Positions 10,064-19,862 of a DNA stretch of 64,000 nt are shown one piece after another. The DNA is from an uncultured delta proteobacterium. Its GTDB lineage: Bacteria > Desulfobacterota > RBG-13-43-22. The DNA lies in NCBI GenBank assembly GCA_963743305.1, contig CAVUPH010000007.1, positions 224,001 to 288,000 on the forward strand, in the 5' to 3' direction. A model generated the notes under the pieces. The model had not been told where the DNA came from and ran no database searches. It saw only the letters and a program-made list of their open reading frames with translations. A program made the translations under genes and the position numbers. Numbering within the stretch: the stretch's first letter is position 1; every line of letters starts with the position of its first letter.

Positions 10064-10416
10064 AGGCTCTCCTTTGAGTGCATAGTCACAAATTAACTAT
10101 TTTATAACTATAAAGTGATTATATACAATAGGGGCGGAGGGGTTGTCAAGGAAAAAACTTGTAAATAATTTTACTTTTTTGTTACTATTTAAGGGTGTTA
10201 ACTTTTGGTTATTTACCTACTAAACGCCCAGGCCCGGGGCGGGCACCCCGAAGCATGAAAATAAGGGGCAGACATAAGCCTAAGTTTTTGCTTAATTTTT
10301 TATCGGATGACGACCAAAACAAATGTCCGGTGTGGCGGCTGACATTTTTTTCGTATCAACCATTTGGGATTTTTTGGGCTGTACTATAAAACCACTTCAA
10401 AAGTTAGGATGATCAA

Positions 10417-11256
10417 ATGCGTGTTCTAAGGTTTCCTCGGAAGGCAAGGCTCGTCTTGTCGGGTGTGGTCCTGATTTCCTTTATCGGCTGCTCCAGGGCA
10501 GTTATCAAAAGTTCGGATACCCCGTCTTCAATCCCAGGCACCCCGGCCGCAAAAACGGTTGATAAAAAAAAGATCCTGGGAGATAGGCCTGATAGAATGG
10601 CCTCGCTCAAAGATCGACCTTATGCCGTTGACGGCCGTTGGTACTTCCCCCTGAATTCCATAGAGGGCTACCGCGAACAAGGTATCGCTTCATGGTATGG
10701 ACCTGATTTTCATGGGAAAAGGACTTCATCCGGTGAGACCTACGATATGTACGGACCCACCGCCGCTCATCGCATCCTGCCTTTAAACACCCAAGTGAAG
10801 GTCAGGAATCCGGCGAATAATAGGGAGATCATCGTGCGGATCAACGACCGGGGGCCTTTCGTGAAAGAACGGATTATCGATTTATCCTACGACAGCGCCA
10901 AGGCCCTGGGCCTGATCGGTCCGGGGACGGCCCAGGTGGAATTAGAGGCCATCGGCGTTTTGATGGAAGGGGAAGAAAATGGACGGAAAACTACCCGTCT
11001 AATACAGGAAATTGATTATCAAAAAGGGCCTTTTGTCGTCCAGATTGGGGCCTTCAAGGAAATTGAAAACGCGATTCGTCTGAAAGACCGCCTGCGGGCC
11101 GATTACCTGGAAGTGGAAGTAATGGAGACGACAATTAAGGGGGAACGTATCTATCGGGTGCGAATCAATTGCCAGGAACAACTCAACGAAGCCCTCCGTA
11201 TCCAAAAGGAACTTGAAGGCAAAGGCTTCAGCCAAGTATTGGTCATGGCCCAATAA
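10417..11256 (+). CDS. rlpA: Septal ring lytic transglycosylase RlpA family lipoprotein
   Basis: Lipobox FIGC, GIASWYGPDFHG, RINDRGPF..RIIDLS, C-terminal SPOR domain (VQIGAF). Confidence 0.93.
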   Translation: MRVLRFPRKARLVLSGVVLISFIGCSRAVIKSSDTPSSIPGTPAAKTVDKKKILGDRPDRMASLKDRPYAVDGRWYFPLNSIEGYREQGIASWYGPDFHGKRTSSGETYDMYGPTAAHRILPLNTQVKVRNPANNREIIVRINDRGPFVKERIIDLSYDSAKALGLIGPGTAQVELEAIGVLMEGEENGRKTTRLIQEIDYQKGPFVVQIGAFKEIENAIRLKDRLRADYLEVEVMETTIKGERIYRVRINCQEQLNEALRIQKELEGKGFSQVLVMAQ

Positions 11257-11347
11257 AGGGACGTATCGTTCAGGAAACCTGTTAGGTGGTTGACATTCAG
11301 GAATATCGATTTTCCGGGAGTGCGATTGGATCGGGAGTCGTTTGGTT

Positions 11348-11650
11348 TTAGCGGTTTTTTAACGACTGAGAGGAGTTAATCTTTTTCCGTAAGACGCCGG
11401 AGGTCTTGAAGACCACTACCTTGCGGGCTTTTAACTGCAGGTCTTCATTGGTCTGGGGGTTTCGACCCCGGCGGGCCCTTTTTCGTTTTACCACAAATTT
11501 TCCAAAGCCGCTTATCAGAAGGTTTTCCTCACTAGCCAAGGCCTTCTTCATGATATCCAGCAACTGTTCAATCACTTCCCGGGATTGACTTTTGCTGAAA
11601 CCAATCTGCTCATAGACCGTTGCGATTATTTTCTCCTTGGTCAGCGCCAT
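11348..11650 (-). CDS. ihfA: Integration host factor subunit alpha-like (HU/IHF family)
   Basis: MALTK start, ISGFGKF, GRNPQT, RKVVVFK. Confidence 0.85.
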   Translation of the reverse strand: MALTKEKIIATVYEQIGFSKSQSREVIEQLLDIMKKALASEENLLISGFGKFVVKRKRARRGRNPQTNEDLQLKARKVVVFKTSGVLRKKINSSQSLKNR

Positions 11651-11806
11651 CGATCCTCCCCTTTCTGAAAAATTCGGCCTCTTTGGCCTAAGAATTGAGT
11701 TAACCTGCCTAATTTAAAACGGAATTCAATATGCGCTAAGCCGGTAGCCTTGTCAAGTCTTTTTTTTTATTATTCTTTTTTATTTTGGTCTTCAAAATAC
11801 CCCGGA

Positions 11807-13711
11807 TTATTGCTGCCCGCCATAAGACCAAGGTTCTTCCGGTCGACTGGCCGCCTCACGCTTTTTAAGATGGACCTGCAGGATGGTCAGAGCGGCAGGG
11901 GTCATACCGGAAATCCGAGAGGCCTGTCCTAACGAAAGAGGGCGAATGGTCTTGAGTTTTTCTTTAATTTCGTTGGACAACCCGGCCAGACCGGCAAAAT
12001 CCCAATCGGCCGGAATGCCCAGGTTCTCGCTTTTTTCAAATCGGTGAACCTGTTCTTCCTGACGGACCAAATACCCTTCGTATTTTACCTGAATGGCCAA
12101 TTGTTCTAAAACCTTGGATTGAAATTCCTTCAGTTGCGGGAAGAGCGGGAAAAGGTCTTCCCAGGATATTTCCGGTCGGCGTAACAGCTCCTTTAAGGTA
12201 ACCGGTTTTCGAAGGGGGCGACTATTGAGTTCATTCAGCCGAGCATTGGTTTCCTGATTGGGATGGACCCAGGTTTCCCGAAGCAGCTCCCAGGCGGCCT
12301 TAATCCCAGTCTTTTTTTGGACAAATTCCCGATACCGGGCGTTTCCGATCAAGCCGCAGATTCTTCCTGTTTCCGTCAATCGCAGGTCGGCATTGTCTTC
12401 CCGAAGTAACAGGCGATACTCGGCTCGCGAGGTAAACATCCGATAAGGTTCGCGGGTGCCTCTGGTAACCAGGTCGTCAACCATGACCCCGATGTAGGCC
12501 TGGGAGCGATTCAAAACCAGGGAAGGTCGGTGTTGGACCTGCAGAGCGGCATTGATCCCGGCCATCAACCCCTGGGCGCCGGCCTCTTCGTAACCGGAGG
12601 TCCCGTTGATCTGTCCGGCCAGAAAAAGACCGGCGACGGATTTTACTTCCAAGGTGGGATGCAGTTGGAGCGGGTTGACATAATCGTATTCGATGGCATA
12701 GCCCGGCCGAACCATTTTGGCTTTTTCCAATCCAGGGATGGAATGAATGACGGCCTGTTGGACATCGATGGGCAGGCTGGTAGGGATCCCGTTGGGATAA
12801 TATTCGGTGGTCATCCGCCCTTCCGGTTCCAGGAAGACCTGGTGGCGGACTTTTTCGGGGAAACGAACGACCTTGTCTTCGATGGAAGGGCAGTAGCGGG
12901 CCCCGGTCCCTTTGATCAGACCACTGTAAAGGGGGGAGCGGTCCAGGTTGGCGCGAATTAATTCATGAGTGCGGGGCTGGGTGTAGGTCAGATAGCAGGG
13001 GACCTGGGGCCGATCGATGGACTGGGTAGTAAAAGAAAAGGGCAGGGGAGGCTCATCCCCGTTTTGAGGACTGAGGGAAGAAAAATCGATGGACTTGCCC
13101 TGAAGCCGGGGTGTCGTCCCGGTTTTGAGTCTCCCCAATTCCAGTCCCAGGGATCGTAGTGAAGCCGAGAGACCCAGCGAGGCGGGGTCCCCCATCCGGC
13201 CGGCCGCAAAATGATTTAAGCCCACATGGATCAGGCCCTGGAGAAAGGTCCCCGTGGTCAGGATTACGGTTTGCCCTTCAAAAACCAGGCCCAAGTCGGT
13301 TTGGAGGCCTTTGATCCGGCCGTTTTCCACCCAGAGGGTATCCACCATTCCCTGGCGAAGATCCAACCCTTCCTGGCTCTCCACGACCCAGCGCATATAC
13401 TGCTTGTAGGCTTCCATGTCCGCCTGGGCCCGGGAAGACCAGACTGCCGGCCCCTTCTGGGTATTCAGGCGGCGGAACTGGATCCCGGTGGCATCGATCG
13501 CTTTGGCCATTTCGCCGCCCAAGGCATCGATTTCCTTAACCAGGTGCCCTTTGGCTAATCCTCCGATGGCGGGATTACAGGACATGGCCCCGATGTGGTC
13601 CACGTTGATGGTCAGCAGCAGGGTTCGGCAACCCATCCGGGCCGCCGCCAGACCGGCTTCAATCCCGGCGTGACCGGCGCCGACGACAATAACGTCATAT
13701 CTGTTTTCCAA
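11807..13711 (-). CDS. mnmG: tRNA U34 modification enzyme MnmG (GidA)
   Basis: [53 protein letters not shown]. Confidence 0.98.
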   Translation of the reverse strand: MENRYDVIVVGAGHAGIEAGLAAARMGCRTLLLTINVDHIGAMSCNPAIGGLAKGHLVKEIDALGGEMAKAIDATGIQFRRLNTQKGPAVWSSRAQADMEAYKQYMRWVVESQEGLDLRQGMVDTLWVENGRIKGLQTDLGLVFEGQTVILTTGTFLQGLIHVGLNHFAAGRMGDPASLGLSASLRSLGLELGRLKTGTTPRLQGKSIDFSSLSPQNGDEPPLPFSFTTQSIDRPQVPCYLTYTQPRTHELIRANLDRSPLYSGLIKGTGARYCPSIEDKVVRFPEKVRHQVFLEPEGRMTTEYYPNGIPTSLPIDVQQAVIHSIPGLEKAKMVRPGYAIEYDYVNPLQLHPTLEVKSVAGLFLAGQINGTSGYEEAGAQGLMAGINAALQVQHRPSLVLNRSQAYIGVMVDDLVTRGTREPYRMFTSRAEYRLLLREDNADLRLTETGRICGLIGNARYREFVQKKTGIKAAWELLRETWVHPNQETNARLNELNSRPLRKPVTLKELLRRPEISWEDLFPLFPQLKEFQSKVLEQLAIQVKYEGYLVRQEEQVHRFEKSENLGIPADWDFAGLAGLSNEIKEKLKTIRPLSLGQASRISGMTPAALTILQVHLKKREAASRPEEPWSYGGQQ

Positions 13712-13747
13712 TTTGGAGAAACCTTTCAGTTTGGCTATTTTTGTATT

Positions 13748-13785
13748 AAAAAACCGGCAGGTCCCGAAAGACCTGCCGGTTATTT
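13748..13785 (-). terminator. Rho-independent terminator after the lipoprotein gene
   Basis: aaccggcaggtc-ccgaaa-gacctgccggtt with a U-tract on the minus strand. Confidence 0.85.
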
Positions 13786-13812
13786 GTCAGTAGAAACAAT
13801 TTTCAGAAGAGG

Positions 13813-14148
13813 TTACTTCTTCAATTTCTTCATGAAGACGGCTTCCGCCTTGTTAGCTGCGGCTTCGGCTTTTTCCGCCGCTTTTTCAGCTCTGGCTGCG
13901 GCATCTTCAGCCTTTTGGGCTGCCATTTCGGCCTTTTTGACCATGGCTTCCAATATGCTCGTGTCGCACTCACACTTCGTCACTGCAGGCGGCGGCGGCG
14001 GTGGTGGTGGCGGCGCCGGAGCCGCAACTGCCTTGGGTGGCTCGGCAGTGGCTTCCGTGAAACAGGTACACCCTACTCCAAAGGCGGTCAAAACAAAAAA
14101 CATGGTTAGAAGACCTACGATTTTGATTACCCTTTGAGGTTTAATCAT
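13813..14148 (-). CDS. Alanine-zipper (Lpp/OprI-like) lipoprotein with poly-proline linker and C-terminal Lys
   Basis: Lipobox FGVGC, APPPPPPPPPA, KAEMAAQKAEDAAARAEKAAEKAEAAANKAE coil, ends MKKLKK; AGGAGGTG RBS. Confidence 0.85.
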   Translation of the reverse strand: MIKPQRVIKIVGLLTMFFVLTAFGVGCTCFTEATAEPPKAVAAPAPPPPPPPPPAVTKCECDTSILEAMVKKAEMAAQKAEDAAARAEKAAEKAEAAANKAEAVFMKKLKK

Positions 14149-14228
14149 TATACATTCACCTCCTCTCCTTAAAAGAGTCAACTAATTTATCGATTATCTA
14201 AAACGTTTAAATGGAAATTCAATAGAAA

Positions 14229-14257
14229 AGGTTATTGAAAATATATAGTTATGTCAA
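14229..14257 (-). promoter_or_regulatory. Sigma70-type promoter for the lipoprotein gene
   Basis: TTGACA-N17-TAACCT on the minus strand. Confidence 0.55.
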
Positions 14258-14265
14258 GAAAAAAA

Positions 14266-15186
14266 TTAGTCTTTGGTGATGTCCACCGGTATGCCTTTCG
14301 CTTCCTTCAGGGACTGCCTAAAGAGATCCAGATCGACCCGATCCCCCCATTTCTTTCCTCTGACCTTGGCCAGACCGTACTCCACCAGATCAGGGATTTT
14401 ACCATAAATATCCGAATGAACTTCGGAATAAATACGTCCCTGCTTAAAACCGATTTTGACCGGTTCATAGATCATTTCCACCGGTGTTTTTAAGGGAATT
14501 AAGAAAAAAAGCTTTTTAATGTCCTCCGGATAGAGTCGGATACACCCGTGGGTTACCAGTCGGCCGATGGCCCAGGGGAAATTGGTCCCATGGATCCCGT
14601 AGCCCGGGATGGACAGCCCCATCCAATAATCTCCCAAGGGGTTATCCGGACCGGGGGGCATGACTTTCAACTGATACTTTTCCTGGAGTGACTGGGGGAT
14701 ATGCCAAGCGGGATGTTCTCGTTTTTGAGCCACATGAAAGGAGCCCAGCGGGCTGAACCAGCCTTCATCGCCAATACCGATCGGATAGGTCCGGACCAGG
14801 CCAATGGATTTAATAAAATAAAACAGACGCATCTCCGCAATGTTGATCACTATTCCAAATTTAGTCGTTGCCGGCAGGATCCATTGGGTAGGGAGGAGGA
14901 GATTGGTGCCTTCGGGGGGGACCCAGGGATCGATTTCCGGATAGAGGCTTTCCAATTCGTTGAAACCCAGATCGTTGTCTCGGGCCACGTCCAGCAGGGT
15001 ATCTTTTGGCTTGGTCACGTATTCCCCCAGGACTCCGATGACGGTATTGGCCTGGGGGTCGAGGGCCAGTTTGGAATCGGGAAATCGATACGGGTAGGCG
15101 CCGCTTCCCCAGGCAGGTTTCAGGCTAAAAAATGAGATTAGGATAAGCAAGATCAGTATCGGCGGGAAACGGCGAAAAAAAATCAT
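14266..15186 (-). CDS. L,D-transpeptidase (ErfK/YbiS/YcfS family) with LysM-like N-terminal domain
   Basis: IVINIAEMRL, YPIGIG, PPGPDNPLG and catalytic YGIHGTN..THGCIRL. Confidence 0.92.
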   Translation of the reverse strand: MIFFRRFPPILILLILISFFSLKPAWGSGAYPYRFPDSKLALDPQANTVIGVLGEYVTKPKDTLLDVARDNDLGFNELESLYPEIDPWVPPEGTNLLLPTQWILPATTKFGIVINIAEMRLFYFIKSIGLVRTYPIGIGDEGWFSPLGSFHVAQKREHPAWHIPQSLQEKYQLKVMPPGPDNPLGDYWMGLSIPGYGIHGTNFPWAIGRLVTHGCIRLYPEDIKKLFFLIPLKTPVEMIYEPVKIGFKQGRIYSEVHSDIYGKIPDLVEYGLAKVRGKKWGDRVDLDLFRQSLKEAKGIPVDITKD

Positions 15187-15367
15187 AAGGACTGAACCCT
15201 CTTTCGGCTGATGAAATAATCTGTTAATTTTTAGCTAAGCCGTCGAGAAAGTCAAGGATTTATGAAACGGTTTTTAATTGACTTGGCCAAAAACATTCCT
15301 TACCCTAAATTTCGCCTTCCCCTGAGGCTAACGACTGTTGGATTGAGGGATAGTCACTGAAAAGGAT

Positions 15368-15454
15368 GAACATCGAACATCGAGCCTCCCCGATCGAATG
15401 GTTAAATAGAGGCTGGTTTTTCATTCGAGGTTGGAAGTTCGATGTTCAATGTTC
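15368..15454. repeat. Heptamer-periodic inverted repeat (GAACATC family)
   Basis: gaacatcgaacatcgagcctccccgatcgaatg ... cattcgaggttggaagttcgatgttcaatgttc. Confidence 0.8.
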
Positions 15455-15520
15455 GACGTCCTTCCGTTTCTAAAAGGTGAGGTTTTTTAGTGTCTCTATT
15501 CCCCTGTCCCCGCAGCCCGG

Positions 15521-16055
15521 TTGACCTTCATCACCGGACCCAGTCGAAGCGGCAAGACCCGCTTGGCGCTGAAGCTCGCTCTGAGTTATCCCGAGCCGCG
15601 GGGATACCTGGCCACGGCCCAGGCCCTGGATAAGGAAATGGCCTTCCGAATCCGCCGCCATCAGGAGGAGCGGGAAGGGGATTTTGTGACTATTGAAGAG
15701 CCGCTGCAATTAACCCGGGCGCTGAGTTCCCTAAATCGGACCTTTCTCGATAGTGATCATTGATTGTCTGACCCTCTGGCTAAACAACCTGATGGCCAAG
15801 TGGGGTGAGGATGAAGATTCGCTCCGACAGGAGGCCTTCCAGGTAGTGGAATTTTTTAAAACTTTTTCGGTTCCCACGGTTATTATCTCCAATGAAGTGG
15901 GCTGGGGGATCGTCCCGGATAATCCCCTGGCCCGTAAATTCAGGGACCTGTCCGGGAACCTGAATCAGGCACTGGCGGCCGTGGCTGATCAGGTTATTTT
16001 GGCCGTAGCCGGTATCCCGTTGGTCCTGAAACCTCATCCCTGCGGAAATTCCTGA
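15521..16055 (+). CDS. cobU: Adenosylcobinamide kinase/guanylyltransferase, split by a +1 frameshift near 15743 (pseudogene or sequencing error)
   Basis: ITGPSRSGKT, YLATA, RIRRHQEER, TIEEP in one frame; IDCLTLWLNN, SNEVGWGIVP, FRDLSG in the next. Confidence 0.85.
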
Positions 16056-16805
16056 TGACCTCTTTCCTGGTGGCCTTACGGTTTCTAACTATTCTTCCCG
16101 TGGGCGGGGCTATCAGGGTCGACAGCGAGTTATTTATCCGTTCCAGCAAATACTACCCGCTGGTAGGCTTGGCCATCGGCGGACTGCTCTGGGGCTTCAA
16201 TCATTTGGCCTTGACGGCCTTTTCGGCCGGGCTGACGGCCGGGCTGCTAATCGCCTTCTGGGTCAGTTTTGACCGGGGCCCTGCATCTGGATGGCTTAGG
16301 GGACACGTTGGACGGCTGTTACGGCGGAAGGACCCCGGCCGACCGCCTGCGGATCATGAAAGACGTTCACCTGGGGTCCATGGGCGTTGTGGGCCTAGTA
16401 CTGCTCCTGATGATCAAATGGGTCGCTCTCGAGGAGCTGCTTTCTTCACCCACCCTGCCCGTCTTTTTGATACTGATTCCTCTGGCCGCCCGCTGGACCC
16501 CGGTGTTCTTAGCCTCCTTTTGGCCCTACGCCCGGCCGGAAGGCGGCCTGGGCCAGGGTTTGGTTCAGGAAATGGGGAAAAAGGAATTATTCTGGGCCAC
16601 GATTTTTGCCTGGGGGATCACCATCGGCGTTGCCGGGTGGCTGGGATTAGGACTCATGGCCGTTCAGCTTGTCTGGAGCCTGTTAAGCGGCTGGTTTTTT
16701 TTCCGAAAATTGGGCGGGGTGACCGGCGATGCTCTGGGCGCTACGATTGAAACCAGCGAACTGCTGGGAATCCTGTTTATTGTCGGGGTAGGCGGTCATG
16801 GGTAA
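16055..16805 (+). CDS. cobS: Cobalamin synthase CobS, split by a +1 frameshift near 16268
   Basis: FLTILP, YPLVG; then TGALHLDGLGDTLDG, IMKD..G, GGVTGDALGA. Confidence 0.88.
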
Positions 16806-17418
16806 GCAGGAGAAGACCACCCGTCTCTTTCTGGTCCGGCACGGCGAGGTGGCGCAATCCGCCCAGGGAAAATTCTTGGGTTTTACCGATGCCGGCCTGA
16901 GCGCCAACGGACGGATTCAATTGGAGCGGCTTGCCCAGCGTCTGAAGATAGTGCCCTTGGAACGCGCTGTGGCCAGTGACCTCATCAGGGCCGTGGAGTC
17001 GGCCCAAATAATCTGCCGGGGAAGGGCCATAGAGCCGGAGGGGCGGGCTGAATTCCGCGAAATGAACATGGGCGAATGGGATGGGAGATCCTGGAAGGAG
17101 ATCGAGCGAAGGTACCCGAATCGAAAAAAATTCCATTTCAGCAACTTGAAGCAGTTCCGTTTCCCGGGCGGGGAAAACTGGGACCAATTCCGCAATCGCG
17201 TGCTCAAGGGCCTCAATACCCTCCTCGACGAAAACCGGGGGTCGGCTATTCTCCTGGCGGCCCATGCGGGGGTTAACCGGGTCATCCTGGCCAAGGCCTT
17301 GGGACTGCCCTTCAAAAGAATGTTTTTTATGGACCAGGCCTACGCCTGTCTGAATATCATCGATTACTATCAGGGTTACGCCATGGTTCGATTGATCAAT
17401 GGTACCTTTCCGGATTAG
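16798..17418 (+). CDS. cobC: Alpha-ribazole phosphatase (histidine phosphatase family)
   Basis: LVRHGE, SDLIRA, FPGGE, AHAGV motifs; cob operon context. Confidence 0.8.
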   Translation: MGKQEKTTRLFLVRHGEVAQSAQGKFLGFTDAGLSANGRIQLERLAQRLKIVPLERAVASDLIRAVESAQIICRGRAIEPEGRAEFREMNMGEWDGRSWKEIERRYPNRKKFHFSNLKQFRFPGGENWDQFRNRVLKGLNTLLDENRGSAILLAAHAGVNRVILAKALGLPFKRMFFMDQAYACLNIIDYYQGYAMVRLINGTFPD

Positions 17419-17438
17419 CGCTGCAGGTGAAAACTATC

Positions 17439-17562
17439 GGCGGAGCGCGGAGCGCGAAGCGCAAAGCGTCAGGCTCGCCCTGGTGGAGATTCAGCCAAGG
17501 CGGATTCGAGACAGTTCATTGTTCCGATTGGCGCTCGGCGCTCGGCGCCCCGCGCTCCGCGG
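17439..17562. repeat. GC-rich heptamer-periodic inverted repeat (GCGCGGA family)
   Basis: ggcggagcgcggagcgcgaagcgcaaagcg ... cgctcggcgctcggcgccccgcgctccgc between cobC and cbiB. Confidence 0.75.
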
Positions 17563-17573
17563 CCTTTCTAACC

Positions 17574-18533
17574 ATGCGCCCCTACCAATTCGCCCTCGCT
17601 TATCTTCTGGACCTGGCTATCGGCGATCCCCGGTTTATACCCCACCCGGTGCGTGGGTTTGGGTGGGCGATTCGTGTTCTGGAAAAGGCCCTCCGCCGGC
17701 CGGCTGAAAGTCCGGGGTGGGAAAGGTTTGCCGGGGTTATTTTAGCCCTGGGCTTGCCGGCCGCGGTTTTTTCGCTGACCTACTGGCTGATTTTCGGGCT
17801 GTTGCCAAGCCGGCCGGTCATCCAGTCCCTGGTCATTATTCTGTTGGCCTATACGACCCTGGCCACCCGGTCGTTGCACCACGAGGCCGCCCGGGTCATC
17901 ACGGCCCTGCAGGCCGGTAAGGTGACGGAAGCCCGGAAGCGGCTGAGCTGGATCGTTGGTCGGGACACGGAACACCTGACCCGGGAGGAGATGATCAAGG
18001 CCACCCTGGAAACCATGGCCGAAAACCTTTCCGACGGGATTATTGCCCCTTTATTTTACCTGTTGATCGGCGGGGTGCCCCTGGCCCTGGCCTTCAAGGC
18101 GGCCAGTACCCTGGATTCCATGGTAGGCTACAAAAATGATCGCTACCGCTATTTCGGTTGGGCCTCCGCCCGGCTGGACGATCTCTGGAATTATCTTCCG
18201 GCCCGAATTACCGCGCTATTGATCGTCCTGGTTTCCAGGTTTTGGGGCTTTTCCTGGAAACAGGCCTGGATCATCTACCGGCGGGATGGTCACCGGTACC
18301 CGAGCCCGAACGCCGGATTGCCCCAAGCCGCTTTAGCCGGCGCCTTGCAAATCCGCCTGGGCGGACCGGCCCTCTATGGGGGGGTAAAAAGCGAAAAGCC
18401 TTTTCTGGGCGATGACCGCGTCGAGATTACCCTGGCGGAATACCGCCAGACCGTGACTGTTTTGTATGCCTCCTCCGCCCTGATGGCCCTGGTCGTCCTT
18501 GGGGGGCGGTTTTTGTGGGAATATCTTCAATGA
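17574..18533 (+). CDS. cbiB: Adenosylcobinamide-phosphate synthase CbiB
   Basis: IGDP..PHPV, IVGRDT, AENLSDG, STLDSMVGYK, SPNAG; ATG 17574 (the longer track ORF reads through the repeat). Confidence 0.93.
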   Translation: MRPYQFALAYLLDLAIGDPRFIPHPVRGFGWAIRVLEKALRRPAESPGWERFAGVILALGLPAAVFSLTYWLIFGLLPSRPVIQSLVIILLAYTTLATRSLHHEAARVITALQAGKVTEARKRLSWIVGRDTEHLTREEMIKATLETMAENLSDGIIAPLFYLLIGGVPLALAFKAASTLDSMVGYKNDRYRYFGWASARLDDLWNYLPARITALLIVLVSRFWGFSWKQAWIIYRRDGHRYPSPNAGLPQAALAGALQIRLGGPALYGGVKSEKPFLGDDRVEITLAEYRQTVTVLYASSALMALVVLGGRFLWEYLQ

Positions 18534-18686
18534 CAACCTCGCAGAAAGTCCAAAAACGATTTTCTACTCGGCGGGGGAGGGCCCTCCCTCCCCCGCCACT
18601 TGAAGTGAATTCAAATGGTCCCACCCCTACCCCAGACCGGGGCTTAATCGCCCTCGGTCTGTTGACGGACTTTTTGCGAGTCCGTC
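18532..18686. repeat. Intergenic inverted-repeat element
   Basis: gacaacctcgcagaaagtcc ... ggactttttgcgagtccgtc arms plus inner ggcgggggaggg/ccctccctcccccgcc stem. Confidence 0.6.
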
Positions 18687-18690
18687 TACA

Positions 18691-19767
18691 ATGAAAAACT
18701 GGATGCGCAATCGAACCTTCGAAGAGGCCCTGGGGCAGCTTTTTATGGTGGGGATCCCGGGTCCCCAATTTTCCGGCGAGGCGGTTTTCCTTTTAAAAAA
18801 GATCCGGGCCGGTGGGATCATTCTGTTTAAACGGAATTATCAGGACCCTGTTCAATTGGCTGATCTCTGCCGGCGACTGCAGACCTCGGCCCTGGAACTC
18901 CATTCGCTGCCGCTTTTTATTTCCATCGATCAGGAAGGGGGCCGGGTGCTTCGACTGGGACCGCCATTCACCCAGATCCCGGCGCCGGCCGAGATGGCCG
19001 CTGGAGGAGATCCGGAGGGGGCCGTGCGTCAATATGCCCGGGTAACGGCCCAGGAATTAAAACTGGCCGGGATCAATATGAACCTGGCCCCGGTCCTGGA
19101 CGTCAACCTCCGAGGAGCGGAAGGTTTGATGGCCTCCCGTTGCCTGGGTACGGACCCGGAGACGGTAACCCGGCTGGGCAGTCTGTATATCCGGGAACTC
19201 CAAAAAGGCGGGATCATGGCAGCGGCCAAGCATTTCCCGGGGATCGGCGACATTGTCCTGGATCCGCACCACGATCTGCCGGTTCAAGATAAGGATCTGG
19301 CCGGGCTGGAAGCGGCGGAACTGGTTCCTTTTAGAACGGCCGTTGCTCTGCCCGTGTCCGCGGTGATGCTGACCCATACCCTTTATCCGGCCCTCGACCC
19401 CAAATGGCCGGCCAGTCTGTCCCGGTCGATTATCACCGGTCTGTTGCGGGAAAACCTGGGGTACCAGGGGTTGGTGATCACCGACGACCTGGAAATGGGA
19501 GCCATCGGCAAGCATTTTGAAATTGAAGAGGCCGTGTTGACCGCTTTCCAAGGGGGGGCCGATATCCTCCTCATCTGCCACGAACCGGAAAAGATCGAAA
19601 GGGCCTACGCCTGCCTTTTAAAAGCCTTGAAACGGGGGACCATCCCCGCTCGATTTCTGGAAATTTCCCTGCAACGAATTCTCGCCTTAAAAAATAACTA
19701 CCTGCAGCTATTCTTACCCCCGTCCGAAGAAATAATCAGGGAATACTTTTTGCGTAAGATAGGTTAA
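18691..19767 (+). CDS. nagZ: Beta-N-acetylhexosaminidase (GH3)
   Basis: IDQEGGRV, APVLDV, KHFPGIG..DPH, ITDDLEMGA. Confidence 0.92.
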   Translation: MKNWMRNRTFEEALGQLFMVGIPGPQFSGEAVFLLKKIRAGGIILFKRNYQDPVQLADLCRRLQTSALELHSLPLFISIDQEGGRVLRLGPPFTQIPAPAEMAAGGDPEGAVRQYARVTAQELKLAGINMNLAPVLDVNLRGAEGLMASRCLGTDPETVTRLGSLYIRELQKGGIMAAAKHFPGIGDIVLDPHHDLPVQDKDLAGLEAAELVPFRTAVALPVSAVMLTHTLYPALDPKWPASLSRSIITGLLRENLGYQGLVITDDLEMGAIGKHFEIEEAVLTAFQGGADILLICHEPEKIERAYACLLKALKRGTIPARFLEISLQRILALKNNYLQLFLPPSEEIIREYFLRKIG

Positions 19768-19800
19768 GACGGAACAGCAGAACCTCTTTTTCCATTAACC

Positions 19801-19832
19801 GTTCGCTGTTGGAAGTTCGATGTTCGACGTTC
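19801..19832. repeat. GAACATC-family heptamer arm (right arm)
   Basis: gttcgctgttggaagttcgatgttcgacgttc. Confidence 0.65.
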
Positions 19833-19862
19833 ATCTATTTTTGGGATGATCGGGATATCGGC

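Noticed and set aside
13987-14020. GGC/GGT trinucleotide run as a microsatellite
   Set aside because: It encodes the poly-proline linker using mixed codons.
15290-15490. Cobalamin riboswitch upstream of cobU
   Set aside because: No recognisable GGGAA/GCCACTG B12-box architecture; the structure present is the heptamer repeat.
17427-17573. N-terminal extensions of cbiB (and of merR, 48537-48620) in the ORF track
   Set aside because: They are read-throughs of intergenic repeats; family homology starts at the later ATG.
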